From assembly GCA_026705765.1 (NCBI GenBank), contig JAPPAB010000106.1, positions 624 through 64,623 of the forward strand: a stretch of DNA of 64,000 nucleotides, read 5' to 3'. Positions 9,200-18,870 of the stretch are shown piece after piece. The notes below the pieces were generated by a model. It was given only the letters and a program-made list of their open reading frames with translations. It ran no database searches and was not told the DNA's origin. This DNA comes from Gemmatimonadota bacterium. GTDB taxonomy: Bacteria > Latescibacterota > UBA2968. Positions within the stretch are counted from its first letter, which is position 1; every line of letters starts with the position of its first letter. The translations under genes and the position numbers were made by a program.

Positions 9200-10488
9200 A
9201 GTGCCCCGACCACAAACCGGATCGCGAATAGCACCGCCACCGTAACCACTGCCAGATTCAGCTCATGGCGGCGCCCGCCCAACACCTTAATGAGTGCATA
9301 GGAGATGAATCCAAGACCGATCCCTGTGGCAATCGAATAGGTGAAAGGCATCGCGATTGCAGTCACGATGGCGGGGACGCACTCAGTCAGATCTTCCCAT
9401 TCTATGTGCCGAAGTGCACGCGCCATGACACACCCTACGAACACGATCGCCGGGGCAGTCGCGTAAACCGGAATCGCAGTCGCCACCGGTGCGAACACAA
9501 GCGCGACCAGGAAAAGCCCCGCCACGACCAGAGCCGTAAGCCCAGTCCGCCCACCTGCCCGCACCCCTGCCGCACTCTCGATACTTGACGTCGTGGTTGA
9601 CGTGCCCAGGAGTGCGCCAACTATAGTGGCGGAGCTATCCGCTACAAGGGCACGGCGCAGCCCTGTAACCCGACCGGCGCTATCGGTCAATCCTCCCTCG
9701 TTGAGTACCGCAACCAGCGTGCCGCTGGTGTCAAATAGATCCACCATCAGGAATGCGAATACGATCGAGATCAAGCCTATCTCGAATGCCCCGACAATGT
9801 CCAGCTGCAACGCTGTTGGAGCCAGCGAAGGTGGTAGCGCTACCACGGATTCCGGTGCTGACGATAGCCCCCCTATCCAACCCACCAATGCCACAACCAG
9901 AATGCAGATCAGCACAGAGCCAGGCACCTTCCGGTGCTCGAGCGCTACGATTCCAATGAATCCGAGGCCCGCCAGCACCACTGTCCACTGAGCCAGATCG
10001 CCCAGCGTGACCAGCGTGGCTTCGCTGGCTACCACAATCCCTGCGTTGCGCAATCCAATAATGACAAGGAAGTATCCGATACCCGCTGCGATGGCCATCT
10101 TCTGTGAGCGAGGAATGCTGTTGACGACCCACTCTCGCACGGGAAGCACGGACAGGATGAGCATCAGGCATCCAGAACAGAACACCGCTCCGAGCGCGAC
10201 CTCCCAGGACAGGCCCAGCGTACCTACTGCAACCGCAGCGAAATAGGCGTTCAGACCCATTCCCGGGACCAGTGCAATGGGATAGTTGGCGTAAAGGCCC
10301 ATGACCGCAGAGCCAAAGGCTGCAGCGAGACAGGTGGCTACCAGCACTGCGCCAGTGTCCATTCCCGCGCCTCCCAGCACCAGCGGATTCACGAAGATGA
10401 TATACGATAGGGTCAAAAATGTGGTGCAACCCGCCAGCACTTCCTGCCGCACGTTCGAGTTTCGATCTTCCAACTGAAAATAGCTCAT
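9196..10488 (-). CDS. NCS2-family purine permease (AzgA/PbuG-like guanine/hypoxanthine permease)
   Basis: 430 aa. MSYFQLEDRNSNVRQEVLAGCTTFLTLSYIIFVNPLVL matches the AzgA/PbuG N-terminus. Polytopic. Converges on guaD. Confidence 0.8.
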   Translation of the reverse strand: MSYFQLEDRNSNVRQEVLAGCTTFLTLSYIIFVNPLVLGGAGMDTGAVLVATCLAAAFGSAVMGLYANYPIALVPGMGLNAYFAAVAVGTLGLSWEVALGAVFCSGCLMLILSVLPVREWVVNSIPRSQKMAIAAGIGYFLVIIGLRNAGIVVASEATLVTLGDLAQWTVVLAGLGFIGIVALEHRKVPGSVLICILVVALVGWIGGLSSAPESVVALPPSLAPTALQLDIVGAFEIGLISIVFAFLMVDLFDTSGTLVAVLNEGGLTDSAGRVTGLRRALVADSSATIVGALLGTSTTTSSIESAAGVRAGGRTGLTALVVAGLFLVALVFAPVATAIPVYATAPAIVFVGCVMARALRHIEWEDLTECVPAIVTAIAMPFTYSIATGIGLGFISYALIKVLGGRRHELNLAVVTVAVLFAIRFVVGAL

Positions 10489-10697
10489 TATTCCGTTGCT
10501 CCTCTCTGCATTGTGGATTCTTCAGCTATATATGTACTCCATCCTATCGAATGATCCATCTTCTGTCAAGACAGTACCACGTTCATTATTGCAAAGGACA
10601 GATATTTTGCACTTTGCACATCCCCTTAAAAGCGATACTTTAAGCGAGAAACGGATGAGCAGGACAGACTGACCACTAACGACTGATTATTCACCTC

Positions 10698-11795
10698 ATG
10701 AATGACCTTGCAATCTATCTTACCACAAGCCTTTGCGCTGCGTACATCTCGCTGATCGCCATTTTTTTATTTGGCCTTTCTCGCAGATCGCGGCGAGTAA
10801 ATGGACGGTGTCTATCCGTTTCCGTTGTTGTGCCCGCTCGCAATGAAGCCGCCAACATCGATGCGTGTTTGCGCGCTTTGGCCGCACAGACCTATCCTGC
10901 CAACCATCTGGAAATTATCGTAGTCGATGACCGCTCCACCGATGATACCGCCGCTCGAATCGACAAATGGACGCGCTGTTTACCCAATCTGAGCCGTGTA
11001 TCTGTCACACATCAGAACTATATCTGTCCCAAAAAAAACGCCCTGTGGCAGGGCATCAAACACGCGCGTGGAGATATTATTTTTACAACAGACGCCGATT
11101 GTCGGCCCGGTCCCAATTGGATAACCTCAAATCTCGCGCACTTTGCGCCTGATGTCGGCATGGTCATCGGCCATGCTCCCCTGCTGCAAAACGAAAAAGT
11201 CCTATCGGGCTTGCTATCTCTCCAAGCACTCATCGTCTCAACGCTCGCGGCGGGCAGCGCGGGCATTGGATTTCCGCTCACCTGTTCGGGGCGCAACATG
11301 GCCTATCGCAGAAAGGCCTTTGATGAGGTCAACGGTTTTAACAACGTCGGACACATCATAGGTGGTGACGATGTATTGCTCATGCGCCAAATTGCACAAA
11401 AAAGCATGTGGAAAATTCGGTTCAACACAGACGCCGATGCATTTGTCCCCTCGGCATCTCACCCGGACAATCTCATCAATCGACAGGTGCGCTATCAATC
11501 CAAAACCATTCACTACGGCATTCCCACCTTGATTCTGGCTCTTGCGGTATATATATTCCATGTCATTCTGGCGACATTGCCCATTTTATTCTGGGTCAAC
11601 GTCGAATTATTTTATGTGGTCGGCTCTTGCCTGGGGATCAAAATAATCGCCGATGCCATTTTTTTGCTCTTGGGCAGCATCCGGTTCAAAAGCCCGAAAT
11701 TGCTCCTGTGGTTTCCAGTTCTCGAAATCCTGATCATACCCTATATTGTCATCATCTGCGCGCTCGGCACATTTTCACCGTTCAAATGGAAATAG
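10698..11795 (+). CDS. Membrane-embedded family 2 glycosyltransferase (GT-A fold with C-terminal TM helices)
   Basis: VSVVVPARNEAANIDACL...IIVVDDRSTDDT...TDADCRP (DxD-type motifs), then several C-terminal hydrophobic helices. Paralogous to the 12863 ORF. Confidence 0.7.
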   Translation: MNDLAIYLTTSLCAAYISLIAIFLFGLSRRSRRVNGRCLSVSVVVPARNEAANIDACLRALAAQTYPANHLEIIVVDDRSTDDTAARIDKWTRCLPNLSRVSVTHQNYICPKKNALWQGIKHARGDIIFTTDADCRPGPNWITSNLAHFAPDVGMVIGHAPLLQNEKVLSGLLSLQALIVSTLAAGSAGIGFPLTCSGRNMAYRRKAFDEVNGFNNVGHIIGGDDVLLMRQIAQKSMWKIRFNTDADAFVPSASHPDNLINRQVRYQSKTIHYGIPTLILALAVYIFHVILATLPILFWVNVELFYVVGSCLGIKIIADAIFLLLGSIRFKSPKLLLWFPVLEILIIPYIVIICALGTFSPFKWK

Positions 11796-11796
11796 T

Positions 11797-12855
11797 ATGT
11801 TATCAATCAAATTGCTGCCCGAAACCTTCATGCGATACCATCGCGCAATCACGCCCCGGCGAATATGGAATGCCTCAAAAGTGATCGCGTCCTACGCCCT
11901 CTCCAATCTGTTTCGGCGGGATATTCGCATGGGTAAACCCTTTGTGCTCATGGTCGAACCCACCAATTTCTGCAACCTCAAATGCCCCCTCTGTCCCTCT
12001 GGCAATGGCGACATGACCCGCGAGCGCGGCATTATGCCGTTTGAACACTTCAAGCATGTCTTCGAACAACAGGCCGATCACCTTCTGCTCCTTATGTTGT
12101 GGAATCAGGGCGAACCCTTTATCAACAAACACCTCACCGACATGATCCGATTGGCCTCCGCGCACAATGTCCCCACACTGACCAGCACCAATGTCCACTA
12201 CATCAAAAACCGGGAAACCGCCCGGGACATCGTCGATTCCGGCCTGTCCGAGCTCGTGGTCTCTCTGGATGGCGTCACACCCGAAAGCTATGTCAAATAC
12301 CGCGTAGGCGGCAATTTTGACCGCGTGCTCGACGGCATTCGTCTGCTCGTTCAGGCAAAACGCGATCTACAAAGCAGCCACCCCCTGATCCACCTGCAAT
12401 TTATCATCATGAAACACAACGAACACGAAATTGAGGCTGCGCGCAAATTCGCTCGGGAGTTAGGTGTAGATCGCCTCTCACTCAAAACAGCCCAGGTTTA
12501 TACCGAATCCGATGCAGAGACCTTCTTGCCCTCTGAAGAGAAATTCAGCCGCTACGATTACAATGCAGACCATCTTTCGACCAAAAGCAAAATCAGCAAC
12601 ACCTGTCGGCATCTCTGGTACAGTACTGTCATCAATTGGGACGGCGCTGTATCGCCCTGTTGCTTTGACAAAGATGTTCACTACGGTCTCGGCGATGCCC
12701 TCAGTGAATCGGACTTCGACCAGATCTGGACCGGTCAAAAATACACGGACTTCCGAAACGCCATCCTCAAAGACCGCAAATCTGTGCCGATATGTAACAA
12801 CTGCTCAGAAGGCGTAAAAGGCATGTTTTACGACATAGAAAAAGTCGAGCACTGA
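11797..12855 (+). CDS. Radical SAM enzyme with SPASM-like C-terminal Cys-rich domain
   Basis: CNLKCPLC (CX3CX2C) near the N-terminus. C-terminal CRHLWYSTVINWDGAVSPCC...CNNCSEG auxiliary-cluster-like motifs. Start chosen at ATG immediately after the upstream GT2 stop; the ORF track lists an upstream in-frame start. Confidence 0.75.
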   Translation: MLSIKLLPETFMRYHRAITPRRIWNASKVIASYALSNLFRRDIRMGKPFVLMVEPTNFCNLKCPLCPSGNGDMTRERGIMPFEHFKHVFEQQADHLLLLMLWNQGEPFINKHLTDMIRLASAHNVPTLTSTNVHYIKNRETARDIVDSGLSELVVSLDGVTPESYVKYRVGGNFDRVLDGIRLLVQAKRDLQSSHPLIHLQFIIMKHNEHEIEAARKFARELGVDRLSLKTAQVYTESDAETFLPSEEKFSRYDYNADHLSTKSKISNTCRHLWYSTVINWDGAVSPCCFDKDVHYGLGDALSESDFDQIWTGQKYTDFRNAILKDRKSVPICNNCSEGVKGMFYDIEKVEH

Positions 12856-12862
12856 TTAAACA

Positions 12863-13978
12863 ATGGATATTATCCTCCACTTATTGCTGCTCTCTACAGT
12901 CCTCTACACCCTCGTCGCACTGTGTTTTTTTTTCGGATTATTCCGCCTGAACAATCAGCCGCGCACTGATGAAACGCCATTTATATCCATCGTTATTGCC
13001 GCGCGCAATGAAGCGGACTATATCGGTCTGTGCCTCGAATCCCTGAAACAACAGATCTATCCATCCGACAGATTTGAAATCCTCGTCGTTGACGACGACT
13101 CGATAGATAATACATCCCAAGTCGTCGCCTCTATGCGCCTGGACAACCTCCACCTTTTGTCTGTCGATAACAGCTTTCCAGAAATGACGGCAAAAAAACG
13201 ACCGATGTCCGTTGGCATTCACCATGCGAGGGGTGAATGGATTCTCACGACCGATGCCGACTGCACAGTGCCACCCACCTGGATCGCCAGCATGGCGTCT
13301 TATATGGCGGCTGATATTGGCATTGTCATTGGTTTTTCGCAACTTACATCGCGCTCGTTTTTCGGCCGATTGCAGGCTTATGATTTTCTCACCCTCATGG
13401 CCGCAGCTGCCGGTGCCGCGGGGACAGGCATCCCCCTGGCTGCTTCGGGACAAAATTTTGCCTATCGCAAAGGTCTTTTTGAAAAAGTCGGCGGTTTCCA
13501 CGACATCGCACACCGCCCATCTGGCGACGATGTGCTATTGCTCCAATTGCTGCGCCGAGCATGGGATGGACGCATCGCGTTTGCCGCTGATCCCGGCGCA
13601 TTTGCAACCACCCATCGCCCCGAAACGCCACCATCGTTCTGGCAGCAACGCAAGCGATGGGCATCTAACGCCGCGTATCAACTGCGTCTCAACCCCATTT
13701 TTTTTTCCTATATTGCAGTGGTATTTTTGACCAACGCGCTCATTCCCACTGCTTTTCTCATCTCAATAATAGATAGTACATACACCCTGCCCCTGACCTG
13801 CTGGGGTGCAAAAATACTGGTGGATCTGCTCGTAGTGGGAAAAGGTGTTTATACCTTCAAGCGTGCGGATCTACTCATCATGTTTCCCCTTTGGGAGATC
13901 TTACAAATCCCCTACACCATTCTCATCGGCCTCGCGGGAACCCTGCGCGGATTTACGTGGAAAGGTCGAGATCATTGA
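12863..13978 (+). CDS. Membrane-embedded family 2 glycosyltransferase (paralog of 10698 ORF, with QxxRW-like motif)
   Basis: ISIVIAARNEADYIGLCL...ILVVDDDSIDNT...TDADC, plus WQQRKRW (QxxRW). C-terminal TM helices ending ...EILQIPYTILIGLAGTLRGFTWKGR, mirroring the first GT2 tail. Confidence 0.7.
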   Translation: MDIILHLLLLSTVLYTLVALCFFFGLFRLNNQPRTDETPFISIVIAARNEADYIGLCLESLKQQIYPSDRFEILVVDDDSIDNTSQVVASMRLDNLHLLSVDNSFPEMTAKKRPMSVGIHHARGEWILTTDADCTVPPTWIASMASYMAADIGIVIGFSQLTSRSFFGRLQAYDFLTLMAAAAGAAGTGIPLAASGQNFAYRKGLFEKVGGFHDIAHRPSGDDVLLLQLLRRAWDGRIAFAADPGAFATTHRPETPPSFWQQRKRWASNAAYQLRLNPIFFSYIAVVFLTNALIPTAFLISIIDSTYTLPLTCWGAKILVDLLVVGKGVYTFKRADLLIMFPLWEILQIPYTILIGLAGTLRGFTWKGRDH

Positions 13979-13981
13979 AGT

Positions 13982-15112
13982 ATGAGGTATCTCATGACTA
14001 CCAAAACCCTATTCTGCTTTCTCAGCCTGCTGCTCGCAATGCCATCCTATGCCCAGCGGCCACGCGCCCGGGATCTCGGCATTCAGATTGGCACATTGCC
14101 CACAGGCACATACAACGCCATTACCGATGTCGAAGGCGTTCTCGTCGGTCACGTCACTTTAATCGAAGGCAGTGGCGAACTCGTCGTGGGCAAAGGACCC
14201 GTGCGAACGGGTGTCACAGCTATCGTTCCGCACGGCGAAGATATCTATCGAAATAATATATTCGCCGCTGCCGAAGCTCTCAATGGCAATGGTGAAATGA
14301 CGGGGATGGCCTGGATTAATGAACGCGGACAACTCGAAGTGCCCGTTGTACTTACGAATACGCTCTCTGTGGGAGAAGGCTATAGTGGGGTGGTCGAATA
14401 CATGCTCAAGCAGGGCACCGGACGGGTCTCCCTACCTGTAGTCGCCGAATGTTACGACGGCGGTCTCAATGACATTGCAGGGCGCCATGTCACAGTCGAT
14501 CATGTTGTCGAAGCTATTGAAATCGCCACAGGCGATGCCGTGCCCGAAGGCTCGGTTGGTGCGGGCACGGGCATGCGCTCGTATGGATTCAAAGCTGGCA
14601 TCGGCACGGCCTCGCGCGTTGTTCCAGATGGACATACCATAGGCGTACTCGTCAACGCCAACTGTGGACGCAGGCCAGAACTCCTCATTGCCGGCGTTCC
14701 CGTGGGACGTGAAATACCCGTTCAGGCTTCTCCAACGCGCGATGGCTCGATCATCGTGGTCATAGCCACCGACGCACCCCTCGTACCACATCAACTGCGC
14801 CGCCTGTGCAAACGCGCCGCCATAGGCATTGGTCGCACGGGCACGGTTTCTCGCACCAGCAGCGGGGATTTTGCCATTGCCTTTTCAACCGCCTATCGCC
14901 TACCTCGCACCCGCGCTGACCGCGATACAATTACCACACTGCGCGATGGCCGGCTGAACGCCATCTTCCAGGCCACCATCGAAGCAACTGAAGAAGCCAT
15001 TGTCAATTCCATGTGCGTAGCAGAACCCATGACGGGCCGAGACAATCGCACAATGCCCGCGCTACCGCATGACAAATTGGTCGAGGTGCTGAAAAAATAC
15101 GGTCGAAGATAA
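13982..15112 (+). CDS. Secreted DmpA/S58 (P1) family peptidase (L-aminopeptidase/D-Ala-esterase-like)
   Basis: Signal peptide, then DLGIQIGTLPTGTYNAITDVEGVLVGHVTL, the DmpA/ArgJ-like self-processing family signature region. 376 aa. Confidence 0.75.
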   Translation: MRYLMTTKTLFCFLSLLLAMPSYAQRPRARDLGIQIGTLPTGTYNAITDVEGVLVGHVTLIEGSGELVVGKGPVRTGVTAIVPHGEDIYRNNIFAAAEALNGNGEMTGMAWINERGQLEVPVVLTNTLSVGEGYSGVVEYMLKQGTGRVSLPVVAECYDGGLNDIAGRHVTVDHVVEAIEIATGDAVPEGSVGAGTGMRSYGFKAGIGTASRVVPDGHTIGVLVNANCGRRPELLIAGVPVGREIPVQASPTRDGSIIVVIATDAPLVPHQLRRLCKRAAIGIGRTGTVSRTSSGDFAIAFSTAYRLPRTRADRDTITTLRDGRLNAIFQATIEATEEAIVNSMCVAEPMTGRDNRTMPALPHDKLVEVLKKYGRR

Positions 15113-15124
15113 ACACAGGGACAG

Positions 15125-15964
15125 CTATTGATAGGTGAGGCTGCGAATGACGAATCCCCTTTCCTCGTCGGCAATATTCTCGTGGTAATCTACAAAGAAC
15201 TGCTCCGGATAGCCGAACTCCTTGTTGTACGTGACGTCAATGCGGGCTGCGTTCTCGTCCAGCGCGGCCTGTAATACGGCGAACAGAGCCTTGACCGAAA
15301 CGAACCGCTCAGGATCGGGGATATTGGGCACGGCCGGGTCGGCAGAGGCGACGCTCACGACTGCACCGCCGCGCACGGTTACTTCTGCGTCAGCAGTATA
15401 GTCTATCGGACAGAAGCAGTTCCATGCGCCTGTATAAACGTAGTTTGCAACCCTGCTTCGTTCCCAACGACCCTGATGACGGAGCACGTCCGCCTGTAGG
15501 GAGCCTGGATCGCGCACGAGAAGGACATCCTCGAAGATTGGCACATCGATCTCCCTACCGCCAGCGGTGATACCGGTTACAGTGCGGACGTACCTGCCCT
15601 CAGGCAAATCTACGTCAATCAGCGGCATATCAACGATCCTGTGGAAAGACACGGGCAGTATGCGCGTTGGATCAGGCAGATCCACAACCACTATCTGCGA
15701 TCCCCTGTTGCCGGTTAGCTGGACGCGCACTGCGATAATGGTCCCATCAAACTCGCAACTGCCAGTGTTGATGGCGTCAACCTGCGTGGGTACGGCATCT
15801 TTGCCAATCACCGCCATGAGGTAGTCGTTCGAGTATGCCTCTGTAACCCCACACGCCACTTCCGAGGCATCCGGGAAAGTAGGCGATGGATTAATGCCAC
15901 AGGCAACTGTGATCCCGAGGATCAATAGAACTCCTGATCTTGCAATATAGCGTCTGATGTTCAT
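15125..15964 (-). CDS. Hypothetical lipoprotein
   Basis: Start taken at MNIRRYIARSGVLLILGITVACG (lipobox-like, GAGGTGG Shine-Dalgarno upstream); the ORF track lists the longer 15125..15997. No recognisable catalytic motifs. Confidence 0.5.
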   Translation of the reverse strand: MNIRRYIARSGVLLILGITVACGINPSPTFPDASEVACGVTEAYSNDYLMAVIGKDAVPTQVDAINTGSCEFDGTIIAVRVQLTGNRGSQIVVVDLPDPTRILPVSFHRIVDMPLIDVDLPEGRYVRTVTGITAGGREIDVPIFEDVLLVRDPGSLQADVLRHQGRWERSRVANYVYTGAWNCFCPIDYTADAEVTVRGGAVVSVASADPAVPNIPDPERFVSVKALFAVLQAALDENAARIDVTYNKEFGYPEQFFVDYHENIADEERGFVIRSLTYQ

Positions 15965-16206
15965 AATCCACCTCTTCGTGAATATAATTCTACTCATTCG
16001 CTTTTTATATACTCAGAACGCACAAAGGACATGGATAGTTCCTCGATGGCTCAGATAATCCGCCCTATCATCGCCCCGGACCTCCTCGCTATACGCCTCT
16101 TTTCTTGAGAGGGCGCGTTTTGGAGCGATAGATGTTGACAGATGCCCGACAGAGTGCCATACTTCCCAGCGTCGAGAAATTCTGAGAAAATACTGGAGGA
16201 CCAGAT

Positions 16207-17682
16207 ATGTCTCAACTCCCCATCATCACTGCCCTTTGCGCCTATGTTTTTCTCACCTTATTGGTCGGTGTCTATGCTGGCAGGCGCGTCAAAGACTCCG
16301 CCGATTTTGTCGTTGCGGGTCGGCGTCTGGGCATCTTGCTGGCAACGGGCACGCTTTCCGCCACATGGTTTGGCACGGGCACTGTGCTCGGCGCAGCAGG
16401 CGCAGCTTACAAAGGCGGTTTTTTAGCCATCATTGCCGATCCCTTTGGTGCAGCCCTGTGTCTGTTTCTCGCTGGCCTGTTTTACGTGCGAATGATGCGC
16501 CGCATGGGCGTTTCAACCATTGCCGAATTTTTTGAACGGAGATTTGGCAAAACAGCCGGTGTGGTAGCCGCAGCGTGTACAATTCCGGCCTATCTCGGCT
16601 GGGTCGCGTCGCTGATGGTGGGATTTGGGAAAATTATCCACGCGCTCACGGGGCTGGATGCGGTGTTAGGCACCTGCCTGGGCGCTGTTATTGTGCTGAT
16701 CTATACAACTGTAGGCGGCATGTGGGCGGTAACGCTAACAGACTTTATCCAGGTGGCCGTCTTAACTCTGGGACTGATCTTTATGACGCCCGTTCTCCTG
16801 AGCGACATGGGAGGATGGGCTGCCATTCGAGCACAACTACCCGATGATCAATTTTATCTCTACCCCCGCGATGCAGACATGACCACCTGGTTTAATTATG
16901 CGCGCGCCTGGTTGGTAATTGGCCTGGGCAATCTCGCTGGACAGGACCTTTTGCAACGCAGCCTGTCCAGCCGGAATGAATCCGTCGCCCAAAACAGCGC
17001 GTATCTCTCTGGTATTATTTACCTGACCGTTGGCCTCTTGCCCGTTTTCCTGGGTATTGCAGCCACACTCACATTTCCCAATCTGGCCGACCCCGAGCAG
17101 GTGATGATGAAACTCGCCGAAACCTATCTTCCTCCACTCGGCATGGCCGTTTTTATCGGTGCTTTGATCTCCGCGTTGATGAGCAGCGCAGACAGCGCCT
17201 TGCTCGCCCCTGCCAGCGTGATCGGAAACGATCTGATCCGCTATCTGCGCCCCGATATTGACGCGCGAACCCAACTTCGCCTGTGCCGCTTGAGTGTTCC
17301 CATCCTCGGCGTCATCGCGCTTTATCTCGCCCTTTCACACGACACAGTTTATACGCTGATGGTCGATTCCTGGTCCATCTTGCTGGCGACCCTTTTTGTA
17401 CCTCTCACCGCAGGTATCTGGTGGCGCAACGCCAATCGCTCTGGCGCGCTCTGGTCAATGATTTCAGGTGCGATCGCCTATCTCATCCTCCTCCAAATCG
17501 CACCCGATCAACCCGCCGATCTCCTCGCAGTACCCATCGGCCTTCTCGCGCTTATCATCATAACCAAAACGACTACAAAAACAGATCCCCCCTTGCCCTT
17601 GAGCGATACGTCAGGAACACCTCTCCCCTATGAAAACCGCCTGGGTGCTCTAAATCCACTTCGAGGTTCATCTGATAGATAA
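16207..17682 (+). CDS. Sodium:solute symporter (SSF) family transporter
   Basis: 491-aa polytopic protein. N-terminal region GRRVKDSADFVVAGRRLG...ATWFGTGTVLG is typical of SSF (PutP/PanF-like). Confidence 0.8.
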   Translation: MSQLPIITALCAYVFLTLLVGVYAGRRVKDSADFVVAGRRLGILLATGTLSATWFGTGTVLGAAGAAYKGGFLAIIADPFGAALCLFLAGLFYVRMMRRMGVSTIAEFFERRFGKTAGVVAAACTIPAYLGWVASLMVGFGKIIHALTGLDAVLGTCLGAVIVLIYTTVGGMWAVTLTDFIQVAVLTLGLIFMTPVLLSDMGGWAAIRAQLPDDQFYLYPRDADMTTWFNYARAWLVIGLGNLAGQDLLQRSLSSRNESVAQNSAYLSGIIYLTVGLLPVFLGIAATLTFPNLADPEQVMMKLAETYLPPLGMAVFIGALISALMSSADSALLAPASVIGNDLIRYLRPDIDARTQLRLCRLSVPILGVIALYLALSHDTVYTLMVDSWSILLATLFVPLTAGIWWRNANRSGALWSMISGAIAYLILLQIAPDQPADLLAVPIGLLALIIITKTTTKTDPPLPLSDTSGTPLPYENRLGALNPLRGSSDR

Positions 17683-17701
17683 ATTAAAAGGAGACGCAAT
17701 C

Positions 17702-17929
17702 ATGACCCAACTTCTCGAAAAAGCACTCCAGGAAGTGTCTAAACTTCCGCCAGAAAAGCAGGAAGCTATCGCGAGTGTCATCCTTGAAGAACTCGAAGAT
17801 GACCGTCGATGGGATGAAGCGTTTGCCGCATCGCAAGATAAACTCGGCAAACTCGCCCAAAAAGTCCGGTCCGATATCAAGGCGGGGCGTTTCAAAAAAA
17901 TGGGGACAGAGATAACGTATGTCCAATAA
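17702..17929 (+). CDS. Small antitoxin-like protein (putative addiction-module component, TIGR02574/DUF2281-like)
   Basis: 75 aa. LPPEKQEAIASVILEELEDD...WDEAFA pattern typical of that antitoxin family. Overlaps the downstream ORF by 11 nt. Confidence 0.5.
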   Translation: MTQLLEKALQEVSKLPPEKQEAIASVILEELEDDRRWDEAFAASQDKLGKLAQKVRSDIKAGRFKKMGTEITYVQ

Positions 17930-18491
17930 CTTGTTTTCTACTTACCGCCAGGGTGAGAATCGCATCACCTCTACGTTCTTAGCTGTTCTTCAACGGTTGA
18001 GCTTACCCAATATAGACCGGATTCTTGGAACACTTATTGGGGATACTGCTTTCAGTCTTGTATCTTTCGAAAATCAGCCAAAAGGAGAAAGATCGACACC
18101 TGACGCGAGAATTCGGACGGGATCTGATATCTGGATTGAGACTAAGACAAAACCTAACGCGGTGCGATCTGAACAGGTTATGCGGCATTTGAAAAGCCTC
18201 GGAGATGACGAACGCCTATTATTGCTGACGCCAGACGACAATCAGCCAGGAGACTTCGAAAATAGGGTTATCTGGTCGAACTTCAGAACCCTGGTCACAG
18301 CCATCGAAGAAATCCTTGAGGACAAGAGTGAGCCTCCTTCCGAGAAAGAGGCATTTCTCCTGAGGGAGTTCATATTGATGATCCAAGAAGACGGACTTAC
18401 AGGCTCTACCGAATCCAGGGTTCTCGTGGTCGCTGCCAGAGAGGCGTGGCCGACATACAAAAAATCTCAATGCATATATATGCCAGTCTAA
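17919..18491 (+). CDS. 190-aa putative PD-(D/E)xK-like nuclease, candidate toxin partner
   Basis: TPDARIRTGSDIWIETK gives a PD-x(n)-E-x-K arrangement. Translationally coupled to the upstream antitoxin-like gene. No similarity to RelE/ParE that I can see. Confidence 0.45.
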   Translation: MSNNLFSTYRQGENRITSTFLAVLQRLSLPNIDRILGTLIGDTAFSLVSFENQPKGERSTPDARIRTGSDIWIETKTKPNAVRSEQVMRHLKSLGDDERLLLLTPDDNQPGDFENRVIWSNFRTLVTAIEEILEDKSEPPSEKEAFLLREFILMIQEDGLTGSTESRVLVVAAREAWPTYKKSQCIYMPV

Positions 18492-18552
18492 CCGTAGATT
18501 CCAGCGTTCCACACACCTGGCTTTCTACGCAGAAGGCGCAGTCCAGCCACTT

Positions 18553-18870
18553 GTGCCCAAAATCAAGGCGGTAGTCGAATCGGTAAATTTAACGCGAGAA
18601 GGAATCAAATCCCTTAAAGGCGAGGAGAAAGACCTTGCCGAAGAGTTGCTGACGCAGATTGAGAAGTTCCACCATAAATGGCAGACTCAAAAAGTTATGT
18701 TTCTGAGCGATCCTGATGACGACGAGACTGTAAATCTGAAAAAGGAGATTATCAACGACAAGCAAGATAAGAGTGGAAAGAATGTGGCGTTTGTAATGCG
18801 TCATGGATACGTGACCATGGAGTCACTCAAAACGGCAAGCAAGACCAGTGAATTAAAGCAGAGGGAATAG
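18553..18870 (+). CDS. Hypothetical small acidic/lysine-rich protein
   Basis: ORF only. GTG start in the track. No motifs recognised. AT-rich context. Confidence 0.3.
   Translation: MPKIKAVVESVNLTREGIKSLKGEEKDLAEELLTQIEKFHHKWQTQKVMFLSDPDDDETVNLKKEIINDKQDKSGKNVAFVMRHGYVTMESLKTASKTSELKQRE

Noticed and set aside
9731-10429. 232-aa minus-strand ORF inside the NCS2 permease gene, different frame
   Set aside because: Arg/Gly-rich nonsense-like composition. The permease frame gives a coherent polytopic protein with a family-typical N-terminus.
10489-10697. Possible purine riboswitch in the leader of the purine permease
   Set aside because: I looked for the conserved purine-riboswitch core (UAUAAU...GUUUCUACC...CCGUAAAU) on the minus strand and did not find it.
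17919-18870. Idea that the 18553 ORF is a frameshifted continuation of the 190-aa PD-(D/E)xK-like gene
   Set aside because: The frames differ and the 190-aa product already ends with a plausible C-terminus. No slippery sequence at the junction. Left as two separate ORFs.
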